A stretch of 50,912 nt of DNA from Craspedostauros australis (GCA_030167865.1 JALAGF010006032.1:1-50912), one strand, 5' to 3'. Positions 31,330 to 42,394 are shown, numbered from the stretch's first letter. The notes: generated by a model not told the origin, from the letters alone. Program-made: numbers and translations.

Positions 31330-34300
31330 ATGGACAGAGCCAAGCTATTCTCGTACCAGCCGTCGCCGACGAAGCCATCGGCACGTTCGCAGACGAATCG
31401 AAGAGACTCGCGCGGCGGACACAGCACGGGACGATCCAACGGCAGCAGCAGCTTCGCCCACACCGACTACGATCATCCAGTGGACATCACCATGGCATCG
31501 TCCTCCAACTCCAGCGGATGGAACCCCAGGGACGAGATCCCGTCCGGAACGGTCCGCAACAACCCCTTCCTCCCAAAGCAGCCGCCGCCGCCAGAACCAG
31601 AACCGCTGCAGGACCAGCTCAAGTTCAAGAATCAGTGGGACGCCTCCAGGGATATCCCCCGTGGCATGGTGCAAGCGGCGCGCATGGGCATGAGGACCGG
31701 GGGTGGCAGCCGGTATCGTGACGGTTCCTCCGCAGCCACCTCCAGCGAACAGCAAGGGCGCTATGCCTCCGATGCCAGCAGCAGCGCAGCCAGTTCCAAC
31801 CGAAACACCTTCCGCGATGATGGCTTCCACGATGTGTCGGAGATGGAGAGCAACGGCAGATCGTACGGGCAGCCCAAGTACCAGCCAAAGCAACAGCCCA
31901 AGCATCAGAACAGGCAGCAGCAACACCAGCAGCAACAGTATCAACAGCAGTATCAACAGCAACGCCAGCTCTCATCGAACCGAAGGCAGCGAGGATCTCA
32001 GCCAAGTCCAGTGGTTAACTATCTGGAACCCAAGAACTATAGCACGGGACGAGGTGCACCATTGCAGGCATCCTCCAAGCAGCAGCCTTCTGCCATGAAT
32101 GCCAATGGCAGCTCTTGGACAGGACGCTCCAATTCAGGCAACAGGCCCAACAATCGGCAACCGGGACCATCTCCAGTGCCTGTCGACACGACGGGATTTC
32201 CGACTGACGCGTTCAGCACGGACAACACCGACAGCACTGCCTCGTGGACGATGCGAGGACGTCTCATGGAAGATGACCAAATGGCAATGGCTGCACAAGG
32301 CAACAACAACAACAACAGCAGCAACAGATCGACCAACGCTTCAGAATCGACAGACTCTTCGTGGCAGGTCTCCACCGAGATACCGGAGGGAACCGTGCGA
32401 CACAACAAGTTCCTCAACAACAACAACAAGTCGCAACCACCAGGACCACGCACCGCTGCACCCTCCAAAGCCAGCAGAAGATGGCAGCAGCCATCCGTGT
32501 CCACATCCGCGGCGAACGCTCATTACGCCACTGCAGCAGGATCGCAAGACAACAGCAACAACAGTCACCGCCAGGGCTTCCGCAGCCCAAGGAAGGCAGG
32601 GCAGACTTCGACACCGGGGCTGGGGCCACCGATCAACGCAGGCAATGGATCGCATGATTCGGACGACTTCGGTCAATGGAACAATCCACCGGCCGGCGAG
32701 GAAGACGACAACACCTGGATGGTCCAAGGAACCTTCACGGTGGACGACGCGGACGACCCAGACCTCATGCCAGCCGCCACCGACGACAGTGACCTTTTCC
32801 AAGGCATCGATGCCTACGGCAGCCCTGTCACAGAAGAGAAGAAGCTCGAATCCGACATACCACCTCCAACGATGCCCCCATCGGCCGCGACCAAGAACAC
32901 TCTGGGCGACGCCCGCAACGCTCAGCACAGCATCGCACAATCGTCTCAAGGTGCCACCGGTTACTTCCCCGATGACACCGATGACTACACCACGGCCGCA
33001 GCGAGCCTTGCCGCCTTCCGGGACAGGGATGTCCTGGAACAGGCCAAGAGGAAGAAGATGTCTCGCGGCGGTGCGCTTGGTGTGCCTTCCGCTCCGCATG
33101 TTTCCACCAGCAATCCGCAACAACAACAGCCGTGGCAATCGCAGCAAACATCTTCTAGCCTTGCCACCAATGATGGATTCAACGATTCCTTCGGGAATGC
33201 TCCGCAACCATTCGAGGTTGCCCGAAAATCAGAACTGTCGATGCAAACGACGTCCTCACATTCCACCGACAAGCACGAGAGGCGGAAATCTGTGGATCGC
33301 ATCAGTGATGATCGCTCCAGCTTGCGGTACGAAGACGATCGCGTCGCTGCAGCAGCCACAAAGCAGAAACAGCAACAGGTCGCCCCCGTCTCTCTGCGCA
33401 CAGCCAAAACCAAAACAACTCCTGCACCAGCACCGGCAGCGGTCGTGACGCAGCCAACGCCGAACACTAAAAGCAAGAAGAAGGGCATGAGCGGCATCCT
33501 CAAATTCTTCGGGGGCGGCAAGAAAGACAAGAAGCGCAATAGCGGTGGAGGCGGCGCCTTCCGTCGCAAGCAGCAGTCGTCTTCGTCGATGGCTTCGAAG
33601 GAATCTAAGCGCGTCCCTAATGCACCTGGAACAGCTCCGAAGCCATCATCATCGGTCGTCGCCAATGCCAACAACTCCAGTAGCAACAACAGCACGAGTA
33701 GCAGCACCAAGGGCAGCAGAGTCAGCGCGCTCAAGAAGGCTTGGTCTCCGGCCAAGGCATCCGTACACTCAAAACAACAGCCGCAAGCAACTCCTGCTCA
33801 GCCTGCTGCAGTGAGTGAGAATGCCCCATCGCACGCAAGACCCCGCGACATGCGCATCAGCAGCAGCAGCAACAACAACAACAGTGGCGACAGCCAGATC
33901 ATGGACGAAGACACCACGATGGTGAGCGAGATCACCATGCCTCGACAGGCAGCACCAGTGGTCGTGGATATCAGCCAGGTCGACGAACTGCAACCTCAAG
34001 CACAACCGCGAGTCAGTCCGAAGGCCCACCTCAGCATCACAACCGATCAGAATGGCAATCGGAAGTACGATGTCGTGGATTTTGACAAGGTGGAACAAAA
34101 TTCCGACAGGAAGGATGGTGGTGATCGCGGTGATGGCACTACCAGCGATGATGCTTTCAACATCAATTCGCCAGTCTTTTCGGATGGAGATCCATTCACG
34201 TCGACATCAGCAATAGCACCGGCGGCAGCGGCTCTCTCGAAGGCATTGAACAGCAATATCCAGAACTCATCCTTTCCTAGCTCCGAAGAACGACGAAGCC

Positions 34301-37300
34301 CAGTGGCGCGTCAGGTTGTTGTCGATACCAGCATGGCTCACTCGCGGCTAGCGGTAGCTGATGACACTGCCACCAAGACCTCGCCATCTCGCTCAATGTT
34401 GCAGCAGCAAAGACGACAAGGGGAGGAAGCCCCACAAACCGAAGTACCAGCAACAAGAGCGACGGTAGCGGCAGGAGCATCTCCTGGAAGAGCCGTGATG
34501 GCGGAAGACCCAAGCGACCCGGCTTTGGATCATCTGGCCATGATGAGCAGCAGCGATTCGGATGCTGACGACAGTGAAGGCGACGACTTGGCCAAACAGC
34601 AACCCATCGCGCCAGACTTGCAAGACGATGAGGTCTTCCGCGACATGCAAATCACGATGCCACCACCTCCTCCACCTGGCCCACCACCGCCCAAACGCAT
34701 GCCCACACAAGATTCACAGCCGCAGCAACCTCAACCGCAGGCGAACGAGATGGTCACTCATCCAGACGAGCCATCAGCAGCAACCGTCGATCACAGCGAA
34801 CAATCAGAAGAGGATTCTCTGTCCGCAGCAGCGCCCACACGTCGGGCATCAGGACGAGACGCTTCATCCGTGTCATCGGGAAGCACGTCCCGCTCGTTGA
34901 GTCTGCGCCGGCGGCCAGCAGGCAGAAGACATCCTTTGCATACGGTCCCTGACACATCATCCCCTGCAGCCGATGGTGGTGGTGTTGCTGGCGTTGGTGC
35001 ACTAACACTCACACCACCGCGTGCAACCGCAGAAGCAGCAATAGGGTCGGGGAAGAACAGCTCCGCGAAATCACAGGAACATCTGTCACCAAACGCAAAT
35101 GTGTCCCCACGACACAAGATCCGAATGAGACAGAGGTCGAAACCAAGCGCAGACAACCTCATCAATCCACCAAAAATCGAACGCATGACGAAAGCAACAC
35201 TACCACCGTCACAAGCACCCGCTTCTGCTGCGGCAACAACTGTGCAATCAGCTCGATCACAGGACGATACATCCATCAAGCAGTCGCTGTCTGGTGAAAA
35301 GAATAAACTGGCGCGACTCCGTCGTGATTCTCGAATCCGCAGCCATCTGTCCAGCAAGAGGGGGTCAGGAGGAGTCGACGACAACGACACCACAGCCAGC
35401 AGCACTTCAAACAGCAATAGTTCTTCCGGGATCGACGCAGAAAGTCGGAGTCTTCGCGCCACGAGCACGCGCAAAAACAGCAAATTGAATGCCAACCGCG
35501 GCTCAGGCGTGACGGTGCCACAGAGCGACGGTTCGGATCCGAGCGCTCATCATGATAGTGATAGCAACTCAACCGGCACGCAAAACACCTACCGCGCCAA
35601 CAAGCAGCGAGGATTCAACAGCAAGGCCATCTTATCCCAGCAAAACCAGAGGCTTCGGCAGAAGCAGCACCAGCACCAGCAACCAACCCGGACCTCGAAC
35701 ATGGTCGAGGCCAGCAAGAAGGGACACAGTCGCAGCTCCAGCAGCCTTCGCACACTGAGCTCCAATGGAAGCCGTGGCAGCGGCTCTCACAAGAACAGCC
35801 GCGACAATACAGACGCATCCGTGCGATCTATCGCATCCAGCAACTCGAACCACTCTAGTTCCGATATTCGCGTCCTGCGATCGATCCTGCGACGCCCTCG
35901 CGGGGCGCATCCGCAACCGAAGCCGATCGTGCGCCGCAAGCAACCTGGGTACACGACCTACGACGAATCCAATATCACTGATCCGATGCAACGTGCGGGA
36001 CTACGCCTGCTGTCAGCGGCAATCATGCCCATCCAGACGGAAGTTCGTCGCTTCCTGGCGATGCGTCATGCACTGACACGGATGTGGGCGCTGATCGTCA
36101 TCCAGACGTACACGAGGCGTTGGATCGCACGGCGACATTACGACAAGTGCCAGCGGGCGATCATCAAGATGCAAGCCGTCGTGCGCGGTGATATGGCGAG
36201 GATGGACATCATGTATAAGCATGCGTGCGCGATGGAGATCCAACGTGTGGTGCGTGGGTACCTCGCCACCATGCGTGTCTACGAAGACATCGTCAAGGTG
36301 ACCATGGTTCAGAGCATCATTCGAAGAAGGCAGGCAATCGACAAGGCGACGTACCGACTCGCCTTCGTCATTCAGCTGCAGTCCATAGCCAGGAGCTGGT
36401 TGGCTCGCCAGCAAATGGCAAGAGAGCAAAGGTCGGCCATTATGATCCAGGCCAAGTGGCGCTGCTTCTTCGAACGTCTCAGCTACCAGTTCGATCTGCT
36501 CGACGTCATCATTGTGCAGAGCGCGTGGAGGCAACGCGCGGCGACGAAGGCTGTGGCACAACGCAGGTTGGAGCATCACAACTGCTGTGCCACCAAGATC
36601 CAGTCTCAGTGGAAGTCGTACGACTGCACCATGAACTACCTCCACTTCCTGGCGGACGTCCTGATCGCACAGAGCGCGGTACGACGATTCCTGGCCTTGA
36701 AGCGGGTGGAGCGCATGAAGAGATCAGCTGCCATCACCATCCAGACCATCTGGAGAGGCTACTCGTGTGTGTTGCACAAGAAACGTTACCTGGCGGCGCG
36801 CACGATCCAAAGCGCGGCCCGTGGTTTCAACTGTTTCAATCGGTACTACGACTACATGGCGGCGCGATGGATCCAGTCCTGCTGGAGACGTCACGTGCTC
36901 GAAACCAAGTACACCAGGTACATGGCGGTGAGGACGATCCAGACGTCGTGGAGACGCCATGTGTGCGAGACCAAGTACACCAGGTACATGGCGGTGAGGA
37001 CGATCCAGACGTCGTGGAGACGTCACGTGCTCGAGACAGACTACAACGAGTACGTCGCCGCACGCATGGTCCAAACCGCGTGGAGACGTCATGTCCTGCA
37101 AACGGACTTCACCGAGTTCACCGCGGCACGCAAGATCCAAAAGCACTGGCGCCGTGTGGCATGCGAGTTACTTTACACCCAGCATCTGGCGGCCAAGACC
37201 ATCCAGACCAGCTACCGTCGTCGTGTGTGCGAGGTTGATTACCAGGAGTACATGGCAGCCCGCAAGATCCAAGCTCAATGGCGACGTTGCGTGGACGAAA

Positions 37301-40300
37301 TCGCCTACATCGAGTACCTGTCCGCTCGATCCATCCAATCTCAGTGGCGACGGTTGTCGTGTCAAATCGCGCTGGGCAAATTCCTGGCAGCATCCAGCAT
37401 CCAGGCATGCTGGCGACGCCTGTTGTGCGAGCGCAAGTACGCGAAGTACATCGCAGCACGGACGATTCAGACCAGCCTGCGTCGTCGCGAATCCCAGAAG
37501 CTCCTTGGTAAGCACAAAGCGGCGCGCAGCATCCAGGCTGCCTGGAGACGCTGTGTGTGTTACGACGATTACACCGACTACATGAGCACGAGGAAGATCC
37601 AAACGGCGTGGAGACGAGCGATGTGTCAAGGTCGCTACAGGGAGTACACGGCGGCACGAAAGATCCAGACTGTCTGGCGCGGATTCGTATGCTACGCTGA
37701 CTACATGTTCACTGTCTCCGACATCATCACGACGCAGAAGGTCGCCCGTTCCTTCCTGGCGAAGCAGGTCTTGAAGAACCTGCGTTTCAAGAAGGAGATC
37801 GCTGCCGCTAAAGTGGTGCAGCGCCACTGGAGAGAATTCAGGTGTGCACGGTGCATCCAAAGGGCATGGAGGCTCAAGATGTTCGTGGGCCAGCGTCACG
37901 AGGCTTCCATCGTGATCCAGAAGACTTGGCGTGGCTTCATGGACCAGACCGAATTCGTCGTTGCCAAGTACGAGCACTATGCGGCAAGGACCATTCAGAC
38001 CGGCTGGCGTCGGTTCTGGGCATTCTCCAACTTCATCATCGCGTTGGATTGCACCATCCAGATCCAGGCCGTCGCCCGTGGTCATTTGCAGCGCAAGGCT
38101 CTACTTAACCAGCACGAATCGGCTGCCGTCATCCAATGTTACTTCCGACGCCTGCAGGGAGCCGACGAGGCGGCGCATATCCGAACGGTGCAGGCAGTGG
38201 AAAGCTCCAGCATCGTGATCTCAGCGAAGGAGAACTACTTCGCCACCACCATCCAGAAGAACTTCCGTGGCTTCCTCCTCCGTAGCAGGCTCAAGCTTTA
38301 CTGCAGCGCGAGAAGCATCCAGGCAGTCGTCCGCGGCGTGCAGGCCAGGACAGCCATCAACATGTACGTGAGCGCGCGGAAGATTCAGAAGATCTGGCGT
38401 GGGTACCTGCCATGCATCAGCTACAGGACCTACATCTCAGCACGACGCATCCAGACGTTCTGGAGAGGCAAGCATCATCGCAATGCGTACATGCACTACC
38501 GTGCCGCCCTCCGCATCCAGACGAATTACCGCGGCGTCAAGGCCCGAGAGGACGTCCTCATCTTGCGCGGCGAGATCTTGGCCGCGACCTTGATCCAGAG
38601 CGCGTGGAGGGGATTTGTGAGTTACACGGATTACATCTTCACAGTTGCCGACGTCGTCACGGTCCAGCGCATCGCCCGTGGCTTCGTGACCCGCGTGACG
38701 ACAGGGAAGGAGCTGAAGCGCATGATCCAGCAGAAGAGGACGGAGAACGATGCCAGCATCCAGATTCAAAGAGCCTGCCGTGGATTCATCGCGCGTCAGC
38801 GTTATTGGTACACGCTGGGTTGCACGATGCAAATCCAGAGCTGGCTGCGTGGTCGGTTAGTGATGGTCATGCTCGAAAAGCAGCACCGGGCACGGCTCAA
38901 GCTGCAATCCTTCGGTCGGTACATCATCGCGAGGCAGGAGTTCCTGCAGCGCAAGTTCATCATGATGCTCATCTCGACGTCCCGCAAGGAGAAGGAGAAG
39001 CGCGTTGCCGCATTGGTCATCCAGGACCGCTGGAGGAGCAAGCAGGAGCGCGACGACCGTGAACGTGGGGCGCGCGTCATCCAGCGCTTCTTCCTCATGG
39101 TCAAGAAGGAGGTGGATCGCGAGATCCGCGCCGCCAAGAAGCGCAAGACGTGGCGCAAGAAGCTCAAGCACCGCAGCAACAAGATCGAAGATGCCCTGCT
39201 GGAAGACGCCTGGAGATCCGCCGTCGTTGACCGCACGGCGGACGATGCCAGCGTTTACTCTCAGCTTTCGGGGCTGACCTCCGCACCGAAGTACCGCCGC
39301 CGGCACCGACGCGGTCGCCAATCATCGTCCTCCAGAACCGTGTCTGGAGGCGACGGCGGCGAAGGTGCCGAACGTACTTCCACGATGGTTCGTCAGTACG
39401 GTAGTCGGCATGAAAGCCACGATGACCAGTACTACCAGCAACAGCACGATCACTACGGACAGCACGCAAACCAGCACCGGTATGACCATGATTCCCCGAC
39501 GGCGATGGAAGAAGCAAAGCAACAGCGCCCGCATCGCAGCTCCAGCCGCGCGCGCAGTCGCAGTCGCACTCGTACTCGCAGCCACAGTCAAAGCAACGTG
39601 CGTCAGCCAACGCAGCAGCAGTCGCCAGACCGTCGCCGTGGCAGCCGCAGCCGTAGCATGAGTCGGTCCTCCAACCACCAACAGAGTCACAAGCAACAGC
39701 ACCGCGAGCAGCAGCATGGCGGCGGCCGAAGTAGCATCCGTGGCAAGATGCGAGAACGTTTCGATCAGCAGCGGCAGCTTCACCAGTACACGAAGCGGCA
39801 GCCGGTCTTGAACCCGGCCTTTTCGATGCCAGATGAAACGAAGGTCCAGCGATCAGGAGGTGTTGTCCGGGTCAACGAAGATGATCAGACCGTGTTTTCT
39901 GGCTTGACTGAGCAGACTGGGATGCCATTCCCATATGCTTCCCACAGCCACGGCGACAACAACAAGCATCTCCGCCCTCATTACCACCACCCCTACCAAC
40001 AGCAACAGCAGTATCCCCACCAGTCTTCGTCCGACCGGTACAGCCACCGCCCACTCCGCATCCCGCCGTCTCGTTCGCTCGCTCTGAGCACAACTGAGAT
40101 TGACGAAGACTTCGACTTGGAGGAGGCGTTCATCGATGCGGAGATCCTGAATGCGAAGGAACGTCGCAAGATGAACAGCCAGCAACGCAGCGGGAGTAAC
40201 AACGGTGGTTTTGCAGACACGCCTTCCTCTTCTGCGAACGGAAGACACGGCCGGCAGCAACAGCAACAGCAGCAATACCATTCGTATCCATCACCGCACG

Positions 40301-40395
40301 GACGCGGCGTGCCACCACCACCACCGTCCGCGTCAACAAAGAACCGCCATCGCATTTCCAGCCGTTCATCATCGCCATACCACCATGAAATTTAA
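31330..40395 (+). CDS. Giant IQ-motif (calmodulin/centrin-binding) repeat protein with an ASPM-like IQ array, 3021 aa, apparently intronless
   Basis: 9-kb ORF with a Kozak-like start (GCCACCATGG). About 44 IQ-type motifs counted by eye, of form (I/V/L)Qxx(W/x)R(G/R)xxxR, lie between ~36030 and ~39100. They are flanked by ~1560 aa and ~430 aa of S/Q/N/P-rich disorder. No calponin-homology or motor domain was recognised. Confidence 0.9.
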   Translation: MDRAKLFSYQPSPTKPSARSQTNRRDSRGGHSTGRSNGSSSFAHTDYDHPVDITMASSSNSSGWNPRDEIPSGTVRNNPFLPKQPPPPEPEPLQDQLKFKNQWDASRDIPRGMVQAARMGMRTGGGSRYRDGSSAATSSEQQGRYASDASSSAASSNRNTFRDDGFHDVSEMESNGRSYGQPKYQPKQQPKHQNRQQQHQQQQYQQQYQQQRQLSSNRRQRGSQPSPVVNYLEPKNYSTGRGAPLQASSKQQPSAMNANGSSWTGRSNSGNRPNNRQPGPSPVPVDTTGFPTDAFSTDNTDSTASWTMRGRLMEDDQMAMAAQGNNNNNSSNRSTNASESTDSSWQVSTEIPEGTVRHNKFLNNNNKSQPPGPRTAAPSKASRRWQQPSVSTSAANAHYATAAGSQDNSNNSHRQGFRSPRKAGQTSTPGLGPPINAGNGSHDSDDFGQWNNPPAGEEDDNTWMVQGTFTVDDADDPDLMPAATDDSDLFQGIDAYGSPVTEEKKLESDIPPPTMPPSAATKNTLGDARNAQHSIAQSSQGATGYFPDDTDDYTTAAASLAAFRDRDVLEQAKRKKMSRGGALGVPSAPHVSTSNPQQQQPWQSQQTSSSLATNDGFNDSFGNAPQPFEVARKSELSMQTTSSHSTDKHERRKSVDRISDDRSSLRYEDDRVAAAATKQKQQQVAPVSLRTAKTKTTPAPAPAAVVTQPTPNTKSKKKGMSGILKFFGGGKKDKKRNSGGGGAFRRKQQSSSSMASKESKRVPNAPGTAPKPSSSVVANANNSSSNNSTSSSTKGSRVSALKKAWSPAKASVHSKQQPQATPAQPAAVSENAPSHARPRDMRISSSSNNNNSGDSQIMDEDTTMVSEITMPRQAAPVVVDISQVDELQPQAQPRVSPKAHLSITTDQNGNRKYDVVDFDKVEQNSDRKDGGDRGDGTTSDDAFNINSPVFSDGDPFTSTSAIAPAAAALSKALNSNIQNSSFPSSEERRSPVARQVVVDTSMAHSRLAVADDTATKTSPSRSMLQQQRRQGEEAPQTEVPATRATVAAGASPGRAVMAEDPSDPALDHLAMMSSSDSDADDSEGDDLAKQQPIAPDLQDDEVFRDMQITMPPPPPPGPPPPKRMPTQDSQPQQPQPQANEMVTHPDEPSAATVDHSEQSEEDSLSAAAPTRRASGRDASSVSSGSTSRSLSLRRRPAGRRHPLHTVPDTSSPAADGGGVAGVGALTLTPPRATAEAAIGSGKNSSAKSQEHLSPNANVSPRHKIRMRQRSKPSADNLINPPKIERMTKATLPPSQAPASAAATTVQSARSQDDTSIKQSLSGEKNKLARLRRDSRIRSHLSSKRGSGGVDDNDTTASSTSNSNSSSGIDAESRSLRATSTRKNSKLNANRGSGVTVPQSDGSDPSAHHDSDSNSTGTQNTYRANKQRGFNSKAILSQQNQRLRQKQHQHQQPTRTSNMVEASKKGHSRSSSSLRTLSSNGSRGSGSHKNSRDNTDASVRSIASSNSNHSSSDIRVLRSILRRPRGAHPQPKPIVRRKQPGYTTYDESNITDPMQRAGLRLLSAAIMPIQTEVRRFLAMRHALTRMWALIVIQTYTRRWIARRHYDKCQRAIIKMQAVVRGDMARMDIMYKHACAMEIQRVVRGYLATMRVYEDIVKVTMVQSIIRRRQAIDKATYRLAFVIQLQSIARSWLARQQMAREQRSAIMIQAKWRCFFERLSYQFDLLDVIIVQSAWRQRAATKAVAQRRLEHHNCCATKIQSQWKSYDCTMNYLHFLADVLIAQSAVRRFLALKRVERMKRSAAITIQTIWRGYSCVLHKKRYLAARTIQSAARGFNCFNRYYDYMAARWIQSCWRRHVLETKYTRYMAVRTIQTSWRRHVCETKYTRYMAVRTIQTSWRRHVLETDYNEYVAARMVQTAWRRHVLQTDFTEFTAARKIQKHWRRVACELLYTQHLAAKTIQTSYRRRVCEVDYQEYMAARKIQAQWRRCVDEIAYIEYLSARSIQSQWRRLSCQIALGKFLAASSIQACWRRLLCERKYAKYIAARTIQTSLRRRESQKLLGKHKAARSIQAAWRRCVCYDDYTDYMSTRKIQTAWRRAMCQGRYREYTAARKIQTVWRGFVCYADYMFTVSDIITTQKVARSFLAKQVLKNLRFKKEIAAAKVVQRHWREFRCARCIQRAWRLKMFVGQRHEASIVIQKTWRGFMDQTEFVVAKYEHYAARTIQTGWRRFWAFSNFIIALDCTIQIQAVARGHLQRKALLNQHESAAVIQCYFRRLQGADEAAHIRTVQAVESSSIVISAKENYFATTIQKNFRGFLLRSRLKLYCSARSIQAVVRGVQARTAINMYVSARKIQKIWRGYLPCISYRTYISARRIQTFWRGKHHRNAYMHYRAALRIQTNYRGVKAREDVLILRGEILAATLIQSAWRGFVSYTDYIFTVADVVTVQRIARGFVTRVTTGKELKRMIQQKRTENDASIQIQRACRGFIARQRYWYTLGCTMQIQSWLRGRLVMVMLEKQHRARLKLQSFGRYIIARQEFLQRKFIMMLISTSRKEKEKRVAALVIQDRWRSKQERDDRERGARVIQRFFLMVKKEVDREIRAAKKRKTWRKKLKHRSNKIEDALLEDAWRSAVVDRTADDASVYSQLSGLTSAPKYRRRHRRGRQSSSSRTVSGGDGGEGAERTSTMVRQYGSRHESHDDQYYQQQHDHYGQHANQHRYDHDSPTAMEEAKQQRPHRSSSRARSRSRTRTRSHSQSNVRQPTQQQSPDRRRGSRSRSMSRSSNHQQSHKQQHREQQHGGGRSSIRGKMRERFDQQRQLHQYTKRQPVLNPAFSMPDETKVQRSGGVVRVNEDDQTVFSGLTEQTGMPFPYASHSHGDNNKHLRPHYHHPYQQQQQYPHQSSSDRYSHRPLRIPPSRSLALSTTEIDEDFDLEEAFIDAEILNAKERRKMNSQQRSGSNNGGFADTPSSSANGRHGRQQQQQQQYHSYPSPHGRGVPPPPPSASTKNRHRISSRSSSPYHHEI
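36883..37037 (+). repeat. Recent 66-bp (22-codon) tandem duplication within the IQ array
   Basis: Near-identical units tggagacg(t/c)ca(c/t)gtg...ga(a/g)accaagtacaccaggtacatggcggtgaggacgatccagacgtcg, encoding WRRHV(L/C)ETKYTRYMAVRTIQTS twice. Confidence 0.9.
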
Positions 40396-40870
40396 TCATC
40401 GAAGGGATGAAACTTGTCAGTAACACACATGTATCTGTAATCATGTACCCATAACGTGTAGGAATGGAATGCCACAATGTTATCATGTTGTACGAGTGTA
40501 TCATCATTGTCAACAATCAACATTCAATCTCGACAATGTGTGCAATTTCACGATGGAGTCACGTAATGCGATAGTTGAAGACTCTCTCTGGAGAGGACAC
40601 TATTGTTTCATGATTCTGCTCGCGCGAGTACTCGAGTTGTGCAATATGTCTTGTATGGTATAATAGTTTGTATTATTGGAACATCGCATCTCACCGCTCG
40701 CCATGTTCCCTCTGTACGAGTCTACGTGCATGCCTCTGGATGATTCTTTCGGCGTAGAGCACAATGGTTTGTACGAGATGGTCTCATACTTTTATCATGT
40801 GCTGAGACTCGTTACCCTTCAAGCAGAGCGTCTCACCCTCCTTTCTAGTCCGCCACCGCCACCGCCACCG

Positions 40871-42190
40871 CTATCTCGACCGCGATTTGGAAGACGAATG
40901 ATGACCACTGCTGCTGGATTTCTTGGAGGACTTCCGTCGGCTGCGTCCGATCGAGATAGCCTTGGTGTAGCAACGTATCGATGCTTCGTAGCGGTTCTGC
41001 TGGTAGTGATCATCGCCCCGAAAGACCACCTCCGTCGCCTCGCTGGATAGCTGTATGTTCTTGGGATGCATAATCTGCGCTTCCATCCAGTTGCGCGAAA
41101 CGAGATCGGCGATGCTCCAGTCGATGGCTGTGTCATCGGTGAAGGATTTGATGCAATTGAGGACGGCGAGCTTGCGCCAGAGCCAGCACAGGGTGGGGTT
41201 GGTGCTGCCGAATGCGAATTCTTCGAGCTTGCAGGCCTTTTCGTATTCCTGGATGGCCAGCTTGTACTGTCCCTGCTGGCGGTAGGTGTCGGCAGATTTC
41301 TCGAGCTGAATGGATTCCGCCATGGCGCGGTGATGTTCCAGCAGATCGGTTTGCACACGTTCGATGGTGTTGTTGTGGTTGTCGTTGTCGTTGCCGTTGT
41401 TGTTGTCATGTTTGCGAAGGCCGCTGCCGCCGTTGTTGTTGTTGATGTTCTGCATCGCCAACGGATCAAGGAGCTGGTAAAGGAGCTGGCGTGAATTGGG
41501 TTCGGCGCAGGCATTGTAGGTCCCGTACTTCCACATCTGCACGCGCGTGCAGGTTCGCAGGAAGATGAGGGCATGGAAGGGATCTTCCTTGTTGCTTTGG
41601 TGGTTCGTGGCGATGGCGGCTGCGGCTGCTGCCTGAGCGGCGGCATTGAAACTGTGGGGTGACCCCTGCATGGAGCCTTGCGACGTTGGCGACAGAGATT
41701 GCGATAGCTGCAACTGCGGGATGATGCCGTCGTAGTTGTGGCTGGCATTGCCGGCGGCGTTGTGCATGTTGGGATTGGCGGTGAATGTGAATCGGTGGTT
41801 CTCGCGCTGCTGCCGCTGATGCTCCCTGTGCTGCAGCAGGAGCTGGTGCTGGTAGTACTGGGGTCGTTTGAGGTGCAGCAGGCCAAGGTAATGGTACGTG
41901 GTCATGGTGTCCTCGTGGTTGCGGCCCACCAGGGCCTCCTGGATGTGCAGGGCCATGTGGAAGCTGTTGATGCCGTCCTGGAACTGCGACTGCTTGGTGT
42001 AGGCGCGTCCCATCCAGAAGTGTATCTTGGCCGTGTGGATGTTGTTGCGCGGGATGACGGTCTCCTGCTCGATGTGCAGCGCGTTGCGCAGGTCCGCCAG
42101 ACCGCAGTCCCCCAGGCCCATCTCGCACTGCCGAATGCCGCTCTCCAGCGTCTTGGCGGCCAGGCGGGATGCCAGATCCGTGATCGTCAT
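40871..42190 (-). CDS. TPR-like (kinesin-light-chain-type) helical repeat protein, paralogue A (~439 aa; N-terminus may extend via an upstream exon)
   Basis: TAKIHFWMGRAYTKQSQFQDGINSFHMALHIQEALVGRNHEDTMTTYHYLG; ADTYRQQGQYKLAIQEYEKACKLEEFAFGSTNP; GDDHYQQNRYEASIRCYTKA. Strong GC3 coding bias. Collinear similarity with 45986-48535. Confidence 0.85.
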   Translation of the reverse strand: MTITDLASRLAAKTLESGIRQCEMGLGDCGLADLRNALHIEQETVIPRNNIHTAKIHFWMGRAYTKQSQFQDGINSFHMALHIQEALVGRNHEDTMTTYHYLGLLHLKRPQYYQHQLLLQHREHQRQQRENHRFTFTANPNMHNAAGNASHNYDGIIPQLQLSQSLSPTSQGSMQGSPHSFNAAAQAAAAAAIATNHQSNKEDPFHALIFLRTCTRVQMWKYGTYNACAEPNSRQLLYQLLDPLAMQNINNNNGGSGLRKHDNNNGNDNDNHNNTIERVQTDLLEHHRAMAESIQLEKSADTYRQQGQYKLAIQEYEKACKLEEFAFGSTNPTLCWLWRKLAVLNCIKSFTDDTAIDWSIADLVSRNWMEAQIMHPKNIQLSSEATEVVFRGDDHYQQNRYEASIRCYTKAISIGRSRRKSSKKSSSSGHHSSSKSRSR

Positions 42191-42394
42191 GGTGCCGAGC
42201 TTCGGCGCTGCTCGTCTGCTGCTGATTCCAGCGAAGCGCAATGAGAGCGAACGAGAGAAAGAGCTGTCCCGCCTCACAATTTGGTCGTCACGTTCGCGGC
42301 AGTCGTCGTCGCAGAGCTCGTGCTCGTTCTTTGAATGGTAGTATAGCAGCTAGCTATGGAAGGTGTCACGACTGTGCCCTTGAGATGCGGTTCC

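Noticed and set aside
31330..40395. Calling the IQ protein ASPM or a myosin
   Set aside because: No CH/ASH or motor domain was recognised; only the IQ array is shared.
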